A DNA stretch of 64,000 nt, taken from assembly GCA_030680695.1 (NCBI GenBank), contig JAUXUT010000149.1, positions 39,801 through 103,800 of the forward strand. Direction: 5' to 3'. The position numbers and the translations under genes were made by a program. How positions within the stretch are numbered: the first letter of the stretch is position 1; every line of letters begins with the position of its first letter. The notes under the pieces were generated by a model, which saw nothing but the letters and a program-made list of their open reading frames with translations, had not been told where the DNA came from and did not search any database. Shown one piece after another: positions 1 through 8,918 of this stretch. The stretch comes from a bacterium (GTDB lineage Bacteria > Patescibacteriota > Minisyncoccia > Phycocordibacterales > UBA6065).

Positions 1-2
1 GT

Positions 3-110
3 TCTGTTCGCAGCACCGAGATCACTAAGAAACTCACAGTTTCTGGTATCGAAGTTTCGGCTTCGGCCAAGGCGGCGATAGAAAAGGCCGGCGGCAAGGT
101 ACACGAATAA
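3..110 (+). CDS. rplO: Ribosomal protein L15, C-terminal fragment (5' partial at window edge)
   Basis: Frame-3 translation reads ...KKLTVSGIEVSASAKAAIEKAGGKVHE* with TAA at 108-110, matching an L15 C-terminus; sits immediately upstream of secY as in the spc operon. Confidence 0.8.
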   Translation, partial: SVRSTEITKKLTVSGIEVSASAKAAIEKAGGKVHE

Positions 111-114
111 AGTC

Positions 115-1386
115 ATGAACGTATTCATCGATAAGCTCGCACATGTATTCAGGGACAAAAGCCTTAGGAAAAGGGTCATGTTCGTGCTTTTCGTCCTCAT
201 TGGCTTCAGGCTTCTTACCACTGTGCCTGTTCCAGGCATCGATATCGCACGACTAGGACAGTTCTTGTCTTCGAGCGAGTTCTTCGGACTTCTCAACATC
301 TTCTCTGGAGGTGGTCTTGCAAACCTTTCTATCGTTATGCTCGGCGTGGGACCATACATCACCGCGTCGATCATCATGCAGCTTGTGACCATCATGTCGC
401 CTCGCATGAAGGCCATGTATCAGGAAGAAGGCGAGGCTGGTCGCGCGAAATTCGCACAGTATTCACGCCGTCTTTCGCTTCCTCTCGCTTTCATCCAGGC
501 ATTTTCTTTCATCATCATCCTTCAGAAACAGGCTATCATTCCTGAACTTTCTGCATTCGGCCTTCTCCTTAACGTGACTGTTATCGCCACGGGTTCTATG
601 CTCCTTATGTGGCTTGGCGAGCTCATTACCGAGTTCGGACTTGGTAACGGAACGTCGATTATCATCTTTGCCGGTATCGTAGCGACCCTTCCTCAGCAGC
701 TTCTTGGTCTTGTTGCGACATATGATCCTTCTCAGCTTCCTATGTACGCCGCTATCGCGGTCCTTGCACTGGCCGTAATATACGCGGTCGTATTCATTAC
801 CGAGGCAGAGAGGCCGATTCCTGTCACCTATGCCAAGCAGGTGCGCGGCCAGAAGGTTTACGGCGGCGTTTCTACTTATCTTCCTTTGCGCCTTAACCAG
901 GCCGGTGTGATTCCGATCATCTTCGCGCTCTCGATCCTCCTTATTCCTCAGATGGTCTTCAACTTCCTTTCGACGGCTACTAGCCCTATCCTTGCAAACA
1001 TATCTCGAATTGGACTCAACCTTGTAGACAACCATCTGCTCTATAACTCGATCTATTTCGCCCTTATCTTCGTCTTCACTTACTTCTACACAGCGATTAC
1101 CTTCGATCCTCAGCAGATTTCGCAGAACCTTCAGAAGTCTGGCGCCTTCGTTCCTGGCGTACGTCCTGGCCAGTCTACTTCGGACTATCTTTCAAAGATT
1201 GTCACCAGGATCACCCTTGTCGGCGCACTCTTCCTTGGTGTTATCGCGGTACTTCCGCTCGTCCTACGAACATATACAGGCAATGCAGCGCTTGCCATCG
1301 GCGGTACGGCCCTTCTCATCGTGGTGTCTGTAGTCCTCGATGTTACAAAGAAACTCGACGCGCAGGTATCGATGAGGGAATACTAG
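115..1386 (+). CDS. secY: Preprotein translocase subunit SecY
   Basis: 423-aa polytopic membrane protein with SecY-like sequence; canonical rplO-secY-adk-map order. Confidence 0.95.
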   Translation: MNVFIDKLAHVFRDKSLRKRVMFVLFVLIGFRLLTTVPVPGIDIARLGQFLSSSEFFGLLNIFSGGGLANLSIVMLGVGPYITASIIMQLVTIMSPRMKAMYQEEGEAGRAKFAQYSRRLSLPLAFIQAFSFIIILQKQAIIPELSAFGLLLNVTVIATGSMLLMWLGELITEFGLGNGTSIIIFAGIVATLPQQLLGLVATYDPSQLPMYAAIAVLALAVIYAVVFITEAERPIPVTYAKQVRGQKVYGGVSTYLPLRLNQAGVIPIIFALSILLIPQMVFNFLSTATSPILANISRIGLNLVDNHLLYNSIYFALIFVFTYFYTAITFDPQQISQNLQKSGAFVPGVRPGQSTSDYLSKIVTRITLVGALFLGVIAVLPLVLRTYTGNAALAIGGTALLIVVSVVLDVTKKLDAQVSMREY

Positions 1387-1396
1387 TTAATAAAAC

Positions 1397-1430
1397 GAAA
1401 AAATCCGCAGAAATGCGGATTTTTTCGTTT
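1397..1430 (+). terminator. Rho-independent terminator after secY
   Basis: aaaaaatccgcagaaatgcggattttttcgtttt: GC stem-loop followed by a T-run. Confidence 0.7.
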
Positions 1431-1448
1431 TACGCTACACTTAGCCGT

Positions 1449-2042
1449 ATGAAACAACTCACGGTCGTTTTCTTTGGAAGGACTGGTTCTGGAAAGGGAA
1501 CCCAGGCCACTTTGTTCATGGAGACTCTCAAAAAGGCTGATCCGTCGAGGAGGTCGATATATGTCGAAACCGGAGAACGATTACGTCAGTTTATGACGGG
1601 AGGCAGTTACAGCGCAGACATCGTCAAGAAAACTTTGGACGATGGCAAGCTTCTTGGTGCGTACTTGCCGATATGGATATGGACAGGACTTCTTATTGAT
1701 GAATATACAGGGAACGAGCACCTGGTGTTTGATGGCGTGGCAAGGAGGGTTGAGGAGGCTCATATACTCGACTCGGCGATGCAGCTTTATAGCCAAGGTG
1801 AGAAGCCGAAGATAATCGTTCTTGATGTGCCGGAACCGGAAGTTAAGACTCGCCTTTTGAAACGCGCTCGTCATGACGATGAAGAGGAAAAGATTGCCAA
1901 GAGGCTGGAATCTTACGATACGGACATTGTCCGCTCCATAGCTTATTTTGAGAAGAGCCCGACCGTGGATTTCTTTAAAATAGACGGTCATCAGAGCGTT
2001 GAAGCCGTGCATAAAGACGTGCTCAAGGCCCTTGGAATTTAG
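1449..2042 (+). CDS. adk: Adenylate kinase-like P-loop NMP kinase
   Basis: MKQLTVVFFGRTGSGKGTQA P-loop of the GxGKGTQ type; position after secY; start placed at ATG 1449 because the 1413 start would overlap the terminator. Confidence 0.75.
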   Translation: MKQLTVVFFGRTGSGKGTQATLFMETLKKADPSRRSIYVETGERLRQFMTGGSYSADIVKKTLDDGKLLGAYLPIWIWTGLLIDEYTGNEHLVFDGVARRVEEAHILDSAMQLYSQGEKPKIIVLDVPEPEVKTRLLKRARHDDEEEKIAKRLESYDTDIVRSIAYFEKSPTVDFFKIDGHQSVEAVHKDVLKALGI

Positions 2043-2050
2043 ATAATCAT

Positions 2051-2821
2051 ATGGCTATCAGACTTAAGCGACCGGCGGATATAGAGATATTGCGAGAGGG
2101 CGGCAAGAGGCATGCCGCGATATTGCGCGCCGTCGCGTCGGCGGTAAAGCCAGGTGTGCGAACCAAGGAATTAGATGATCTTGCGGCGGACCTCATCGCC
2201 CAGGGCAGTGATACTGCCGCGTTCCTTGGGTACACTCCATACGGCGCCAAGCGCCCATATCCGGCGAGCCTTTGCGTGTCGGTGAACGACGAGATTGTCC
2301 ATGGTATTCCAAACGAAAATGACCGTATCCTCGTCGAAGGTGATGTTGTTTCGCTCGACCTCGGCCTTGTACACAATGGCATGTATACCGACGCCGCGGT
2401 GACAGTTTCGGTGGGCAAGGCGAGCCGTGATGCCACCAAGCTTTTGAGGGCCGGCAAGGAGGCCTTGGAAAAAGCCATTAAGGCCGCACAGCCCGGCAAT
2501 ACCACTGGCCATATTGGTCAGGCGGTTGAAGAATATGTGAGGCCTTTGGGATTTGGGATAGTACGCGAGCTCGCAGGTCACGGGCTCGGATACAGCGTCC
2601 ACGAGGACCCGTATGTGCCGAATTATGGAAGGGCCGGAGAGGGCGATGAGCTCGTGCCAGGCATGGTTATCGCAATCGAACCAATGCTTAACGCTGGCAC
2701 TGAGGCCATCAAGCTCGATAAGGATGGATACACGTATCGAACCAAGGACGGCAGTCTATCAGTCCATTTTGAGCATACGATTCTCATAACAGAAAATGGT
2801 CCAGAGGTACTAACAAGATAA
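2051..2821 (+). CDS. map: Methionine aminopeptidase type I
   Basis: MAP-like sequence with the pita-bread fold metal-ligand pattern (HGIPN, D..D, HGLG, E..E); operon position after adk. Confidence 0.9.
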   Translation: MAIRLKRPADIEILREGGKRHAAILRAVASAVKPGVRTKELDDLAADLIAQGSDTAAFLGYTPYGAKRPYPASLCVSVNDEIVHGIPNENDRILVEGDVVSLDLGLVHNGMYTDAAVTVSVGKASRDATKLLRAGKEALEKAIKAAQPGNTTGHIGQAVEEYVRPLGFGIVRELAGHGLGYSVHEDPYVPNYGRAGEGDELVPGMVIAIEPMLNAGTEAIKLDKDGYTYRTKDGSLSVHFEHTILITENGPEVLTR

Positions 2822-2832
2822 AAACTAATACC

Positions 2833-3441
2833 ATGACACATCCAAGGCAAGAAAGGACTCTTATTATCATCAAGCCTGACGGAGTGCAACGGTCGCTTGT
2901 CGGCGAAATGATTGGCCGATTCGAACGCATTGGACTTAAGATTGTGGGAATGAAGATGATGCTTGCTGCGCCCGACCATGTTGAAGCGCATTACACCCTC
3001 GATCCACAGTGGCGTGTGAAGACTGGTGAGAAGTCCATCAAGTCATACAAGGACCGTGGCGAGAATCATCCACATGGCGATGACCCTGTTGTTGTGACTG
3101 GCATTATTTTGGACAAGTTGCGTGACTATATGGCTTCAGGACCTGTCATACCGATGGTGTTGGAAGGTGCGCATGCCGTATCCATTGTGAGGAAGCTTGT
3201 TGGTTCGACCGAGCCGTTGTCGTCTGACGTTGGCACCATACGCGGCGATTTCGTTCTCGACTCATATACAATGAGCAACGATGACGAGCGCGCGGTGCGA
3301 AATCTCATTCATGCATCCGGGTCTGTGGCCGAGGCAGAGCAGGAAATCAGGCATTGGTTCACGGAAGAGGAGGTTGCCGGGTATCGTCACATTCAAGAAG
3401 GAATAATTTACGACGATTTGGATCATATTTTGGGAAAGTAG
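2833..3441 (+). CDS. ndk: Nucleoside diphosphate kinase, long form with an internal insertion and C-terminal extension
   Basis: ERTLIIIKPDGVQRSLVGEMIGRFE, IRGDF and NLIHASGSVAEAEQEI motifs of NDK; 202 aa versus the usual ~140. Confidence 0.85.
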   Translation: MTHPRQERTLIIIKPDGVQRSLVGEMIGRFERIGLKIVGMKMMLAAPDHVEAHYTLDPQWRVKTGEKSIKSYKDRGENHPHGDDPVVVTGIILDKLRDYMASGPVIPMVLEGAHAVSIVRKLVGSTEPLSSDVGTIRGDFVLDSYTMSNDDERAVRNLIHASGSVAEAEQEIRHWFTEEEVAGYRHIQEGIIYDDLDHILGK

Positions 3442-3584
3442 GGATGTCTGGAGGGGAGGGCGTCGGCGACGGCGGCGGCGGACAGTCATATAACTTTTTC
3501 ACATACATGGCACATTTGATGAAAAAAGCATCAAATGCGCCACGTATACAAATTTGTATATAAATTTGTATATAACTCGGATAT

Positions 3585-3612
3585 AAAAAAGCCGCCCTGT
3601 GAGGGGCGGCTT
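3585..3612 (-). terminator. Intrinsic terminator serving the minus-strand gene 3653-4087
   Basis: gccgcccctcacagggcggc stem followed by TTTTTT when read on the minus strand. Confidence 0.65.
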
Positions 3613-3652
3613 GAGGTGACCAAAGAACTGGCGGGCAGGTCGGCCGGCGGCG

Positions 3653-4087
3653 TTAACTGCCGGGTGTGCCGGTGGCGCCGTCGGTAGTGACCGTTGCTTG
3701 TGAAGCGATTTTCGTTTTGGCGACGCCGTCGGTGTTTGCGATAATCAGACCGATGGATTGTTGGCTCGGCGTTCGCGGCATAACTTGCTGTTCGCCGAAG
3801 GCCTTGGCCATCTGCTCGGCCGTGGCGCGGACGTAGCCGGCCTGGACGATGCGCTGGTCGATGACGGTCTGGTCGGTGAGTTCGGTCCAGGCGAGGCGAA
3901 TCGTGAGATTCTCGATCGTGGCGACGTAGTCGGTGATCTCGATACCCTCGATGGCCGGCGTCTTGACGGTTTCGGTAGCGACGGACTTCTCGATGGATGG
4001 CGTGTCAACGGTGGTCTGAGCGGCGGCGGTGAGGCCGATACACAGGATTCCGGCGATGGCGATGAGCGGGCGGATGTGCTTTTTCAT
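3653..4087 (-). CDS. Secreted hypothetical protein with signal peptide
   Basis: ORF; start chosen at the internal MKKHIRPLIAIAGILCIGLTAAAQ signal-peptide Met (ATG at 4087) rather than the ORF-track start at 4162. Confidence 0.5.
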   Translation of the reverse strand: MKKHIRPLIAIAGILCIGLTAAAQTTVDTPSIEKSVATETVKTPAIEGIEITDYVATIENLTIRLAWTELTDQTVIDQRIVQAGYVRATAEQMAKAFGEQQVMPRTPSQQSIGLIIANTDGVAKTKIASQATVTTDGATGTPGS

Positions 4088-4509
4088 GGGTTTGTGTGGA
4101 TTTCCCCATAGCCTTTTTCCGACAGGGATAGGGCAGGGGTTCGAAGGCTCTGGTATGGCCATGTGGCCTAGTTAAGCGCTCGAATCCCTGTCCTATCTCT
4201 TTTGGGAACAAAAAATCACCTTTCGGTGTGCTTTACCCTCTACTCTCTATTATACACCCCAGGGGGTAATAAGTCAAGCGCCTCACACTGCAAATATCCA
4301 CATGTTAGACGCGGCGATTATTTCGTTTCATGGTCGGCTGTCCCCATTGCGGGCGCGTCTAACGGGTCTATAATATCAAATAGGGTTGTCTGAAAGATTA
4401 ACTCTATAACATTTTTTTCGGGAGGAACCCCTTTCGTTCGGCCTCGGCCGCCCGTCGGATCCACCCACCTAGTTAACACTAGGGACAATCTTTCGGATGA
4501 CCCCCAGAG

Positions 4510-4534
4510 AAACCGGCTTCGGCCGGTTTTTCTG
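4510..4534 (+). terminator. Intrinsic terminator or attenuator hairpin upstream of gene 4574
   Basis: aaaccggcttcggccggtttttctg. Confidence 0.6.
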
Positions 4535-4573
4535 TTGGTGAGTACATCGTACTCGTCATGATATACTTTCTTC

Positions 4574-4957
4574 ATGCATAAGAGCGCGTATTTTCTTCCA
4601 AACTTCATTCTCCTAATCGTGATTGCAGCGCTCCACTGGATAAGCTCGCTTTTTGGATTCTACGAAAGCACCGAATGGTTCGACATCATGATGCACTTCC
4701 TTGGCGGTGCATGGGTTTCGGGTACGGCTCTCTGGCTCGCGGCGGTTTACTTGCCTGATTCGCGTCTTTACCTAGTCACAGTAAGGAATCTTGTTCTGTG
4801 TGCCATTGTCGTCGGTATCGCATGGGAATTGTTTGAACTCGTCATGGGTTGGACATCATTTGCCATGGAAAATTATTGGGGTGATACGGTGCTCGACCTC
4901 GTCATGGATGTGATTGGAGGATGGACCATGGCTAGGATTCTCAAAAAAATATTTTAG
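4574..4957 (+). CDS. Small four-TM integral membrane protein (possibly VanZ-like; tentative)
   Basis: Four predicted TM helices; C-terminal E..F..D...D..GG pattern. Confidence 0.45.
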   Translation: MHKSAYFLPNFILLIVIAALHWISSLFGFYESTEWFDIMMHFLGGAWVSGTALWLAAVYLPDSRLYLVTVRNLVLCAIVVGIAWELFELVMGWTSFAMENYWGDTVLDLVMDVIGGWTMARILKKIF

Positions 4958-4962
4958 GAACC

Positions 4963-6354
4963 ATGAGCGGCTGCACACTTACATGTTGTGGCGGTGTGGA
5001 TAATGCGACGGGGGCGAATTTTCTCCTCAAGACCCCGAGAGGCAAGTTGCTTGTTGATTGTGGGCTCGTCCAGGGATCGCGTGTAGCCCAGGAAGAAAAC
5101 CGCGACGCCTTTTCATATGACCCAAAGGAAATTCCTGTTCTCCTTATTACCCATGCTCATATGGACCACATCGGTCGTATACCAAAATTGGTGCGAGAAG
5201 GGTTTGAAGGAGTTATATATTCGACCGAAGAGACACGAGACCTTGCGACCGTTATGCTCGCCGACGCCCAGAACCTGATTGCTCGCGAGGCGAGGGAATC
5301 GGGCCGTACGCCTATATACGAGAAGGAAGACGTGGCCAGGGCGCTTTCTCTGTGGAAAGTTGTCACATATCATCAGACGCTTGATGTCGTGCCCGGAATA
5401 TCGGCATTTTGGAAGGACGCGGGACATATTTTAGGCTCGGCTATTATTGAAATTGCCGTAGATCCTGGGACTGGTGCGGATGGCAAGGTTGGCAAGCCAT
5501 TCCGTATTGCCTTTACGGGTGATTTGGGAAATTCGCCGACGCCTTTGTTGCGAGACACTGAATATGTTAATGATGCGGATTATATGGTCATAGAAAGCGT
5601 CTATGGCGATAGGAACCATGAACCAAAGGCCGAACGCGACGAGAAGTTTGCCCGCATATTAAAGGAAAGTCTGCGCGCAGGTGGTACGGTACTCATTCCG
5701 GCCTTTTCGCTCGAACGTACTCAGGTTATGTTGTACAAGCTCAACAATCTGGTTGAAGCAGGGGAATTGCCGAAGGTCCCTGTTTACATGGATTCACCTC
5801 TTGGCAGTCGTGTGACCGAGATTTACCGCAGGCACGTGAAGGATTTCAATATCGAGACACAGAAAGTTATTGCAGGAGGCGACGACATATTTGATTTTGC
5901 GGGATTGCGCATCGTGGAAGACGCCCAGGCGTCGGCCCAGATTCATTCGGTACCGGGTGCAAAAATCATCATCGCCGGTTCGGGTATGTCAGTGGGCGGT
6001 AGGGTGCTCGCCCATGAACGAGTGTATCTTTCTGACCCAAAGGCTACCGTCGTGCTGGTCGGTTTTCAAGTCCCGGGATCAATCGGTCGCAGGATAGAGG
6101 AAAAATCATCCAACATCGTAATTGATGGCCAGAGGGTGAAGGTCCGATGCCGCATCGAGAAGGTCGGAGGCTATTCGTCACACAAGGATTCTAACGGGCT
6201 CGTGGACTTTGTGGCGCATGCCATGCCACGCCTCAAAAAAGTATTCGTTGCTATGGGTGAAAATAAATCCTCGACTTTTCTTGCCCAGAGGATGAATGGG
6301 GAATTGGGGGCGAATGCTGTGGTGCCGGAGAAGAACGTGGAATATCCACTGTAG
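4963..6354 (+). CDS. Metallo-beta-lactamase-fold beta-CASP ribonuclease (CPSF/Ysh1-like)
   Basis: LLVDCGLVQG...LLITHAHMDHIGRIP MBL motifs; ~460 aa as expected for a beta-CASP nuclease. Confidence 0.7.
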   Translation: MSGCTLTCCGGVDNATGANFLLKTPRGKLLVDCGLVQGSRVAQEENRDAFSYDPKEIPVLLITHAHMDHIGRIPKLVREGFEGVIYSTEETRDLATVMLADAQNLIAREARESGRTPIYEKEDVARALSLWKVVTYHQTLDVVPGISAFWKDAGHILGSAIIEIAVDPGTGADGKVGKPFRIAFTGDLGNSPTPLLRDTEYVNDADYMVIESVYGDRNHEPKAERDEKFARILKESLRAGGTVLIPAFSLERTQVMLYKLNNLVEAGELPKVPVYMDSPLGSRVTEIYRRHVKDFNIETQKVIAGGDDIFDFAGLRIVEDAQASAQIHSVPGAKIIIAGSGMSVGGRVLAHERVYLSDPKATVVLVGFQVPGSIGRRIEEKSSNIVIDGQRVKVRCRIEKVGGYSSHKDSNGLVDFVAHAMPRLKKVFVAMGENKSSTFLAQRMNGELGANAVVPEKNVEYPL

Positions 6355-6379
6355 TAATCATCGTGGTATAGTCGGATGC

Positions 6380-7363
6380 ATGGAGACTCTCAAGGACGAG
6401 CTTGCGCGAAAATATGGACTGACCAACGGTGTTAGTTTATGTCGGGCGGAGGGAGGTTTTATCAGTACCAATTACATTGTCGAAACAGCGGGGAAGAAGT
6501 ATTTCCTCAAGCAATATGCCACCAACAAGCTCTCTAAGGTTCAAGTTGTTCATAAAGCCAAGGCATTTTTTGCTTTAAAAGGCCTTCCTGTCATATTACC
6601 TATTGAAACGACTGATGGGGATACAGTGATGAGTATTGGCGACAAACATCATGCACTTTTTCCATTTATCGAAGGGGGTGTCCACTTTAAGCGCGGCGAG
6701 ATACCAGAGACGGCAATCAAGTCTTCGGCGAGACTCTTGGCCGATTTACATCGCACAGGTAAAGAGTGTCCGTTTGTGGCGACCGATGTGATGTCTTATA
6801 AAACAAAAGAGGAATTTATGGAGCGCGTAGACGAGCTCATCTCCATCATATCCAAGATTACGACTCCTTCCACATTCGACACGCTTGCCTTCGAATCTCT
6901 GATGCTCAAAAAATCTTTGGTCGAGCGCGATTATATGCCCCTTTCGGAACTCAAAGGCGAAGATCCGATCCTAATCCACGGCGACTTCCAGGATGGCAAT
7001 ATTTTCTTCGACCGGGAAGGACGCGTACTCAAAGTATTCGATTTTGATAAGGCTCGCATGGGCTTGCGCGCCGGAGAACTTTGGAGGGCAGTGAACTATA
7101 TGTTTCTGAACGGGTTCTTTGATGAACACCGCCTTGCTCAGGCACGTCTTTTTATCTATGAGTATCGGAAGGCGATAGATATAGATAGGGATGAACTGGT
7201 CAACGGACTAGAGGTGTTCTACCAGCGCATTATCAAGAGCCTTTGGATTGAGACTTTCCATTATCTGGACGGTAATACGCGCACCGACGTGCTCCTTGAG
7301 AATCGAACGACGGCATATCTCTCCGATCACAGGAAGCAATTGTTTCAAAGACTTGTCATGTAA
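6380..7363 (+). CDS. APH/choline-kinase family phosphotransferase
   Basis: ILIHGDFQDGNIFF (HGD..N) and VFDFDKAR (DFD) kinase motifs; start moved to the internal METLKDE Met to avoid overlap with the previous gene. Confidence 0.6.
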   Translation: METLKDELARKYGLTNGVSLCRAEGGFISTNYIVETAGKKYFLKQYATNKLSKVQVVHKAKAFFALKGLPVILPIETTDGDTVMSIGDKHHALFPFIEGGVHFKRGEIPETAIKSSARLLADLHRTGKECPFVATDVMSYKTKEEFMERVDELISIISKITTPSTFDTLAFESLMLKKSLVERDYMPLSELKGEDPILIHGDFQDGNIFFDREGRVLKVFDFDKARMGLRAGELWRAVNYMFLNGFFDEHRLAQARLFIYEYRKAIDIDRDELVNGLEVFYQRIIKSLWIETFHYLDGNTRTDVLLENRTTAYLSDHRKQLFQRLVM

Positions 7364-7393
7364 AGCAAAAACCGCCTTACGGCGGTTTTTGCC
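7363..7393 (+). terminator. Bidirectional intrinsic terminator, copy 1 (after the APH-family gene)
   Basis: aaagcaaaaaccgccttacggcggtttttgcc. Confidence 0.7.
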
Positions 7394-7621
7394 TCCAAGT
7401 CCCGTTTGGCGATTGCCTTGCGGCGGACCAGGTTCGTCAGTGATTCAAGGATAGCAGATGCGCTGTTCCTGTCAAATCTATCACGGCCTACGAAGCCGAC
7501 TAAGGGGATTGAACCCTTGGGACTTGGATGACGAACCTAATCCCGTCGCCAGACAGTCGGCTTAGGTATTAAGGTATCAACCATGTCTTGTTGCCGCGAG
7601 ATTTTGAGATAAATTATCGAT

Positions 7622-7652
7622 AAAGCAAAAACCGCCAGGGGCGGTTTTTGCG
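7622..7652 (-). terminator. Bidirectional intrinsic terminator, copy 2 (after rplT), near-identical to copy 1
   Basis: aaagcaaaaaccgccaggggcggtttttgcgg. Confidence 0.7.
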
Positions 7653-7677
7653 GGGTGGATGACTTTTATTTAATTTG

Positions 7678-8022
7678 CTATTTGACCTGCGCTACGACGC
7701 GGTCGAAAACCTCTGGTTGGAACTCGGCGAGGTCCGCGAGGATCTTGCGATCGACAATGAAACCTTGTTTTTTGAACGAGCCCATGAATTTGCTGTAAGA
7801 GATACCCTTGGCATCGAGAGCGGCGTTGATTTTGGTTATGAAGAGATTTCGCTTGTCGCCTTTCTTGTCGCGGCGGTGAGCGAAAGCATACGCACCAGCA
7901 TGAGAAATCGCCTCGTATGCTGCACGTTCGGTGGTTGAACGGCGGAATCGGTATCCTTTAACCTGCTTGAGGATGTTCCTTCGGGTTTTGAGAGCATTAA
8001 CGCCCTTTTTTACGCGTGCCAT
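7678..8022 (-). CDS. rplT: Ribosomal protein L20
   Basis: MARVKKGVNALKTRRNILKQVKGYRFRR... typical L20 sequence. Confidence 0.95.
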   Translation of the reverse strand: MARVKKGVNALKTRRNILKQVKGYRFRRSTTERAAYEAISHAGAYAFAHRRDKKGDKRNLFITKINAALDAKGISYSKFMGSFKKQGFIVDRKILADLAEFQPEVFDRVVAQVK

Positions 8023-8040
8023 GGCAGTTTAGGTTATTGG

Positions 8041-8229
8041 TTAGTTAAGGTTGGAAAGGAAACGAGCCTTTTCCTTGTTAGTCATATGGAAAGCCTGCAT
8101 ACCAGATTTCTTGATCTGGGAGCGGCCGCTTTCCTTGGCGTTGAAGTGGCCCTGGCCAGGTTTGCGCACGAGAACCTTCCCGTTACGGGTGACTTTGAGC
8201 CTCTTCGCGAATGACTTGTTGGTTTTCAT
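8041..8229 (-). CDS. rpmI: Ribosomal protein L35
   Basis: MKTNKSFAKRLKVTRNGKVLVRKPGQGHFNAK L35 signature. Confidence 0.9.
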   Translation of the reverse strand: MKTNKSFAKRLKVTRNGKVLVRKPGQGHFNAKESGRSQIKKSGMQAFHMTNKEKARFLSNLN

Positions 8230-8343
8230 CTCCTTTCTGCTAAATATAGGGAAAAAATAAGAGCCCCTATGACTTGCTGGGCTGTTATTGCGAGTATAGC
8301 AGACTTACGGGCTTTGTAAAGCCCGCGAATCGGGGTGGGGCCG

Positions 8344-8856
8344 TTAGGCGCGCTCGATTATGGTCGACATGCCTTTCGGGCTTTTCTGTGGCCTTTCAGC
8401 GAGCTTGTGGGGGACAGTGATGAGGACGAGCAGGCGATTCATGCGTTCCTCGAGGAACTTCGGGTCCATGTATTTGGATCGGCCGGGGAGGAAAAGGTCG
8501 AGCTTGATGCGCTGGCCGTCGACAAGCCATTCCGAGGCCTTTTTGGCTTTGAGGGCGAGGTCATGATCGCCGGTACCGATTTTCACCTGAAGGGTTTTAA
8601 TCTCGATAACATGAGCCTTGGCCTTGGCCGCCTTGGCTTTCTTGCTTTCGTCGTACGAGAACTTGCCATAGTCCTGGATTTTGCAGACTGGAGGGACTGC
8701 GTTCGGAGAAATCTCGATAAGGTCGAGGCCAAGCTCCTGCGACTTGAGAAGGGCGTCGCCCATGCGCATTACGCCGAAATTCTCGCCCTCAGGGCCGATT
8801 ACGCGCACTTCGGGCGACTTGATCTGGAGATTTATTCTAGTCCTTAGTTTACTCAA
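8344..8856 (-). CDS. infC: Translation initiation factor IF-3; start uncertain and probably non-AUG
   Basis: INLQIKSPEVRVIGPEGENFGVM aligns with the IF-3 N-domain; C-domain is typical; the ORF-track start at 9024 would overlap the upstream sortase gene; candidate starts are TTG at 8856 or ATA at 8835 (the latter 5 nt after AAGGA). Confidence 0.8.
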   Translation of the reverse strand: MSKLRTRINLQIKSPEVRVIGPEGENFGVMRMGDALLKSQELGLDLIEISPNAVPPVCKIQDYGKFSYDESKKAKAAKAKAHVIEIKTLQVKIGTGDHDLALKAKKASEWLVDGQRIKLDLFLPGRSKYMDPKFLEERMNRLLVLITVPHKLAERPQKSPKGMSTIIERA

Positions 8857-8918
8857 TTCTTTGATGTGTTTATTACTGTCGGTCGCTACATGAAAGCATA
8901 TTTCGAGACATACGGCAA

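Noticed and set aside
463-1035. 190-aa minus-strand ORF inside secY, and many similar antisense ORFs inside adk, map, ftsH, recG, pilB and others
   Set aside because: Overlaps confidently identified genes on the opposite strand, with low-complexity Arg/Lys-rich translations typical of antisense frames.
4160-4540. Possible RNase P RNA (3' segment cagagaaaccggcttcgg resembles the P4 3' strand ACAGAAnCCGGCUUA)
   Set aside because: No complementary P4 5' strand (AAGUCCGG-like) and no GGUAAGAGCGCACC-type P10-P12 motifs upstream. The element is more simply an intrinsic terminator hairpin at the end of a leader.
8335-8847. 170-aa plus-strand ORF (also 8360-8566 and 8681-8893)
   Set aside because: Antisense to the well-supported infC coding sequence.
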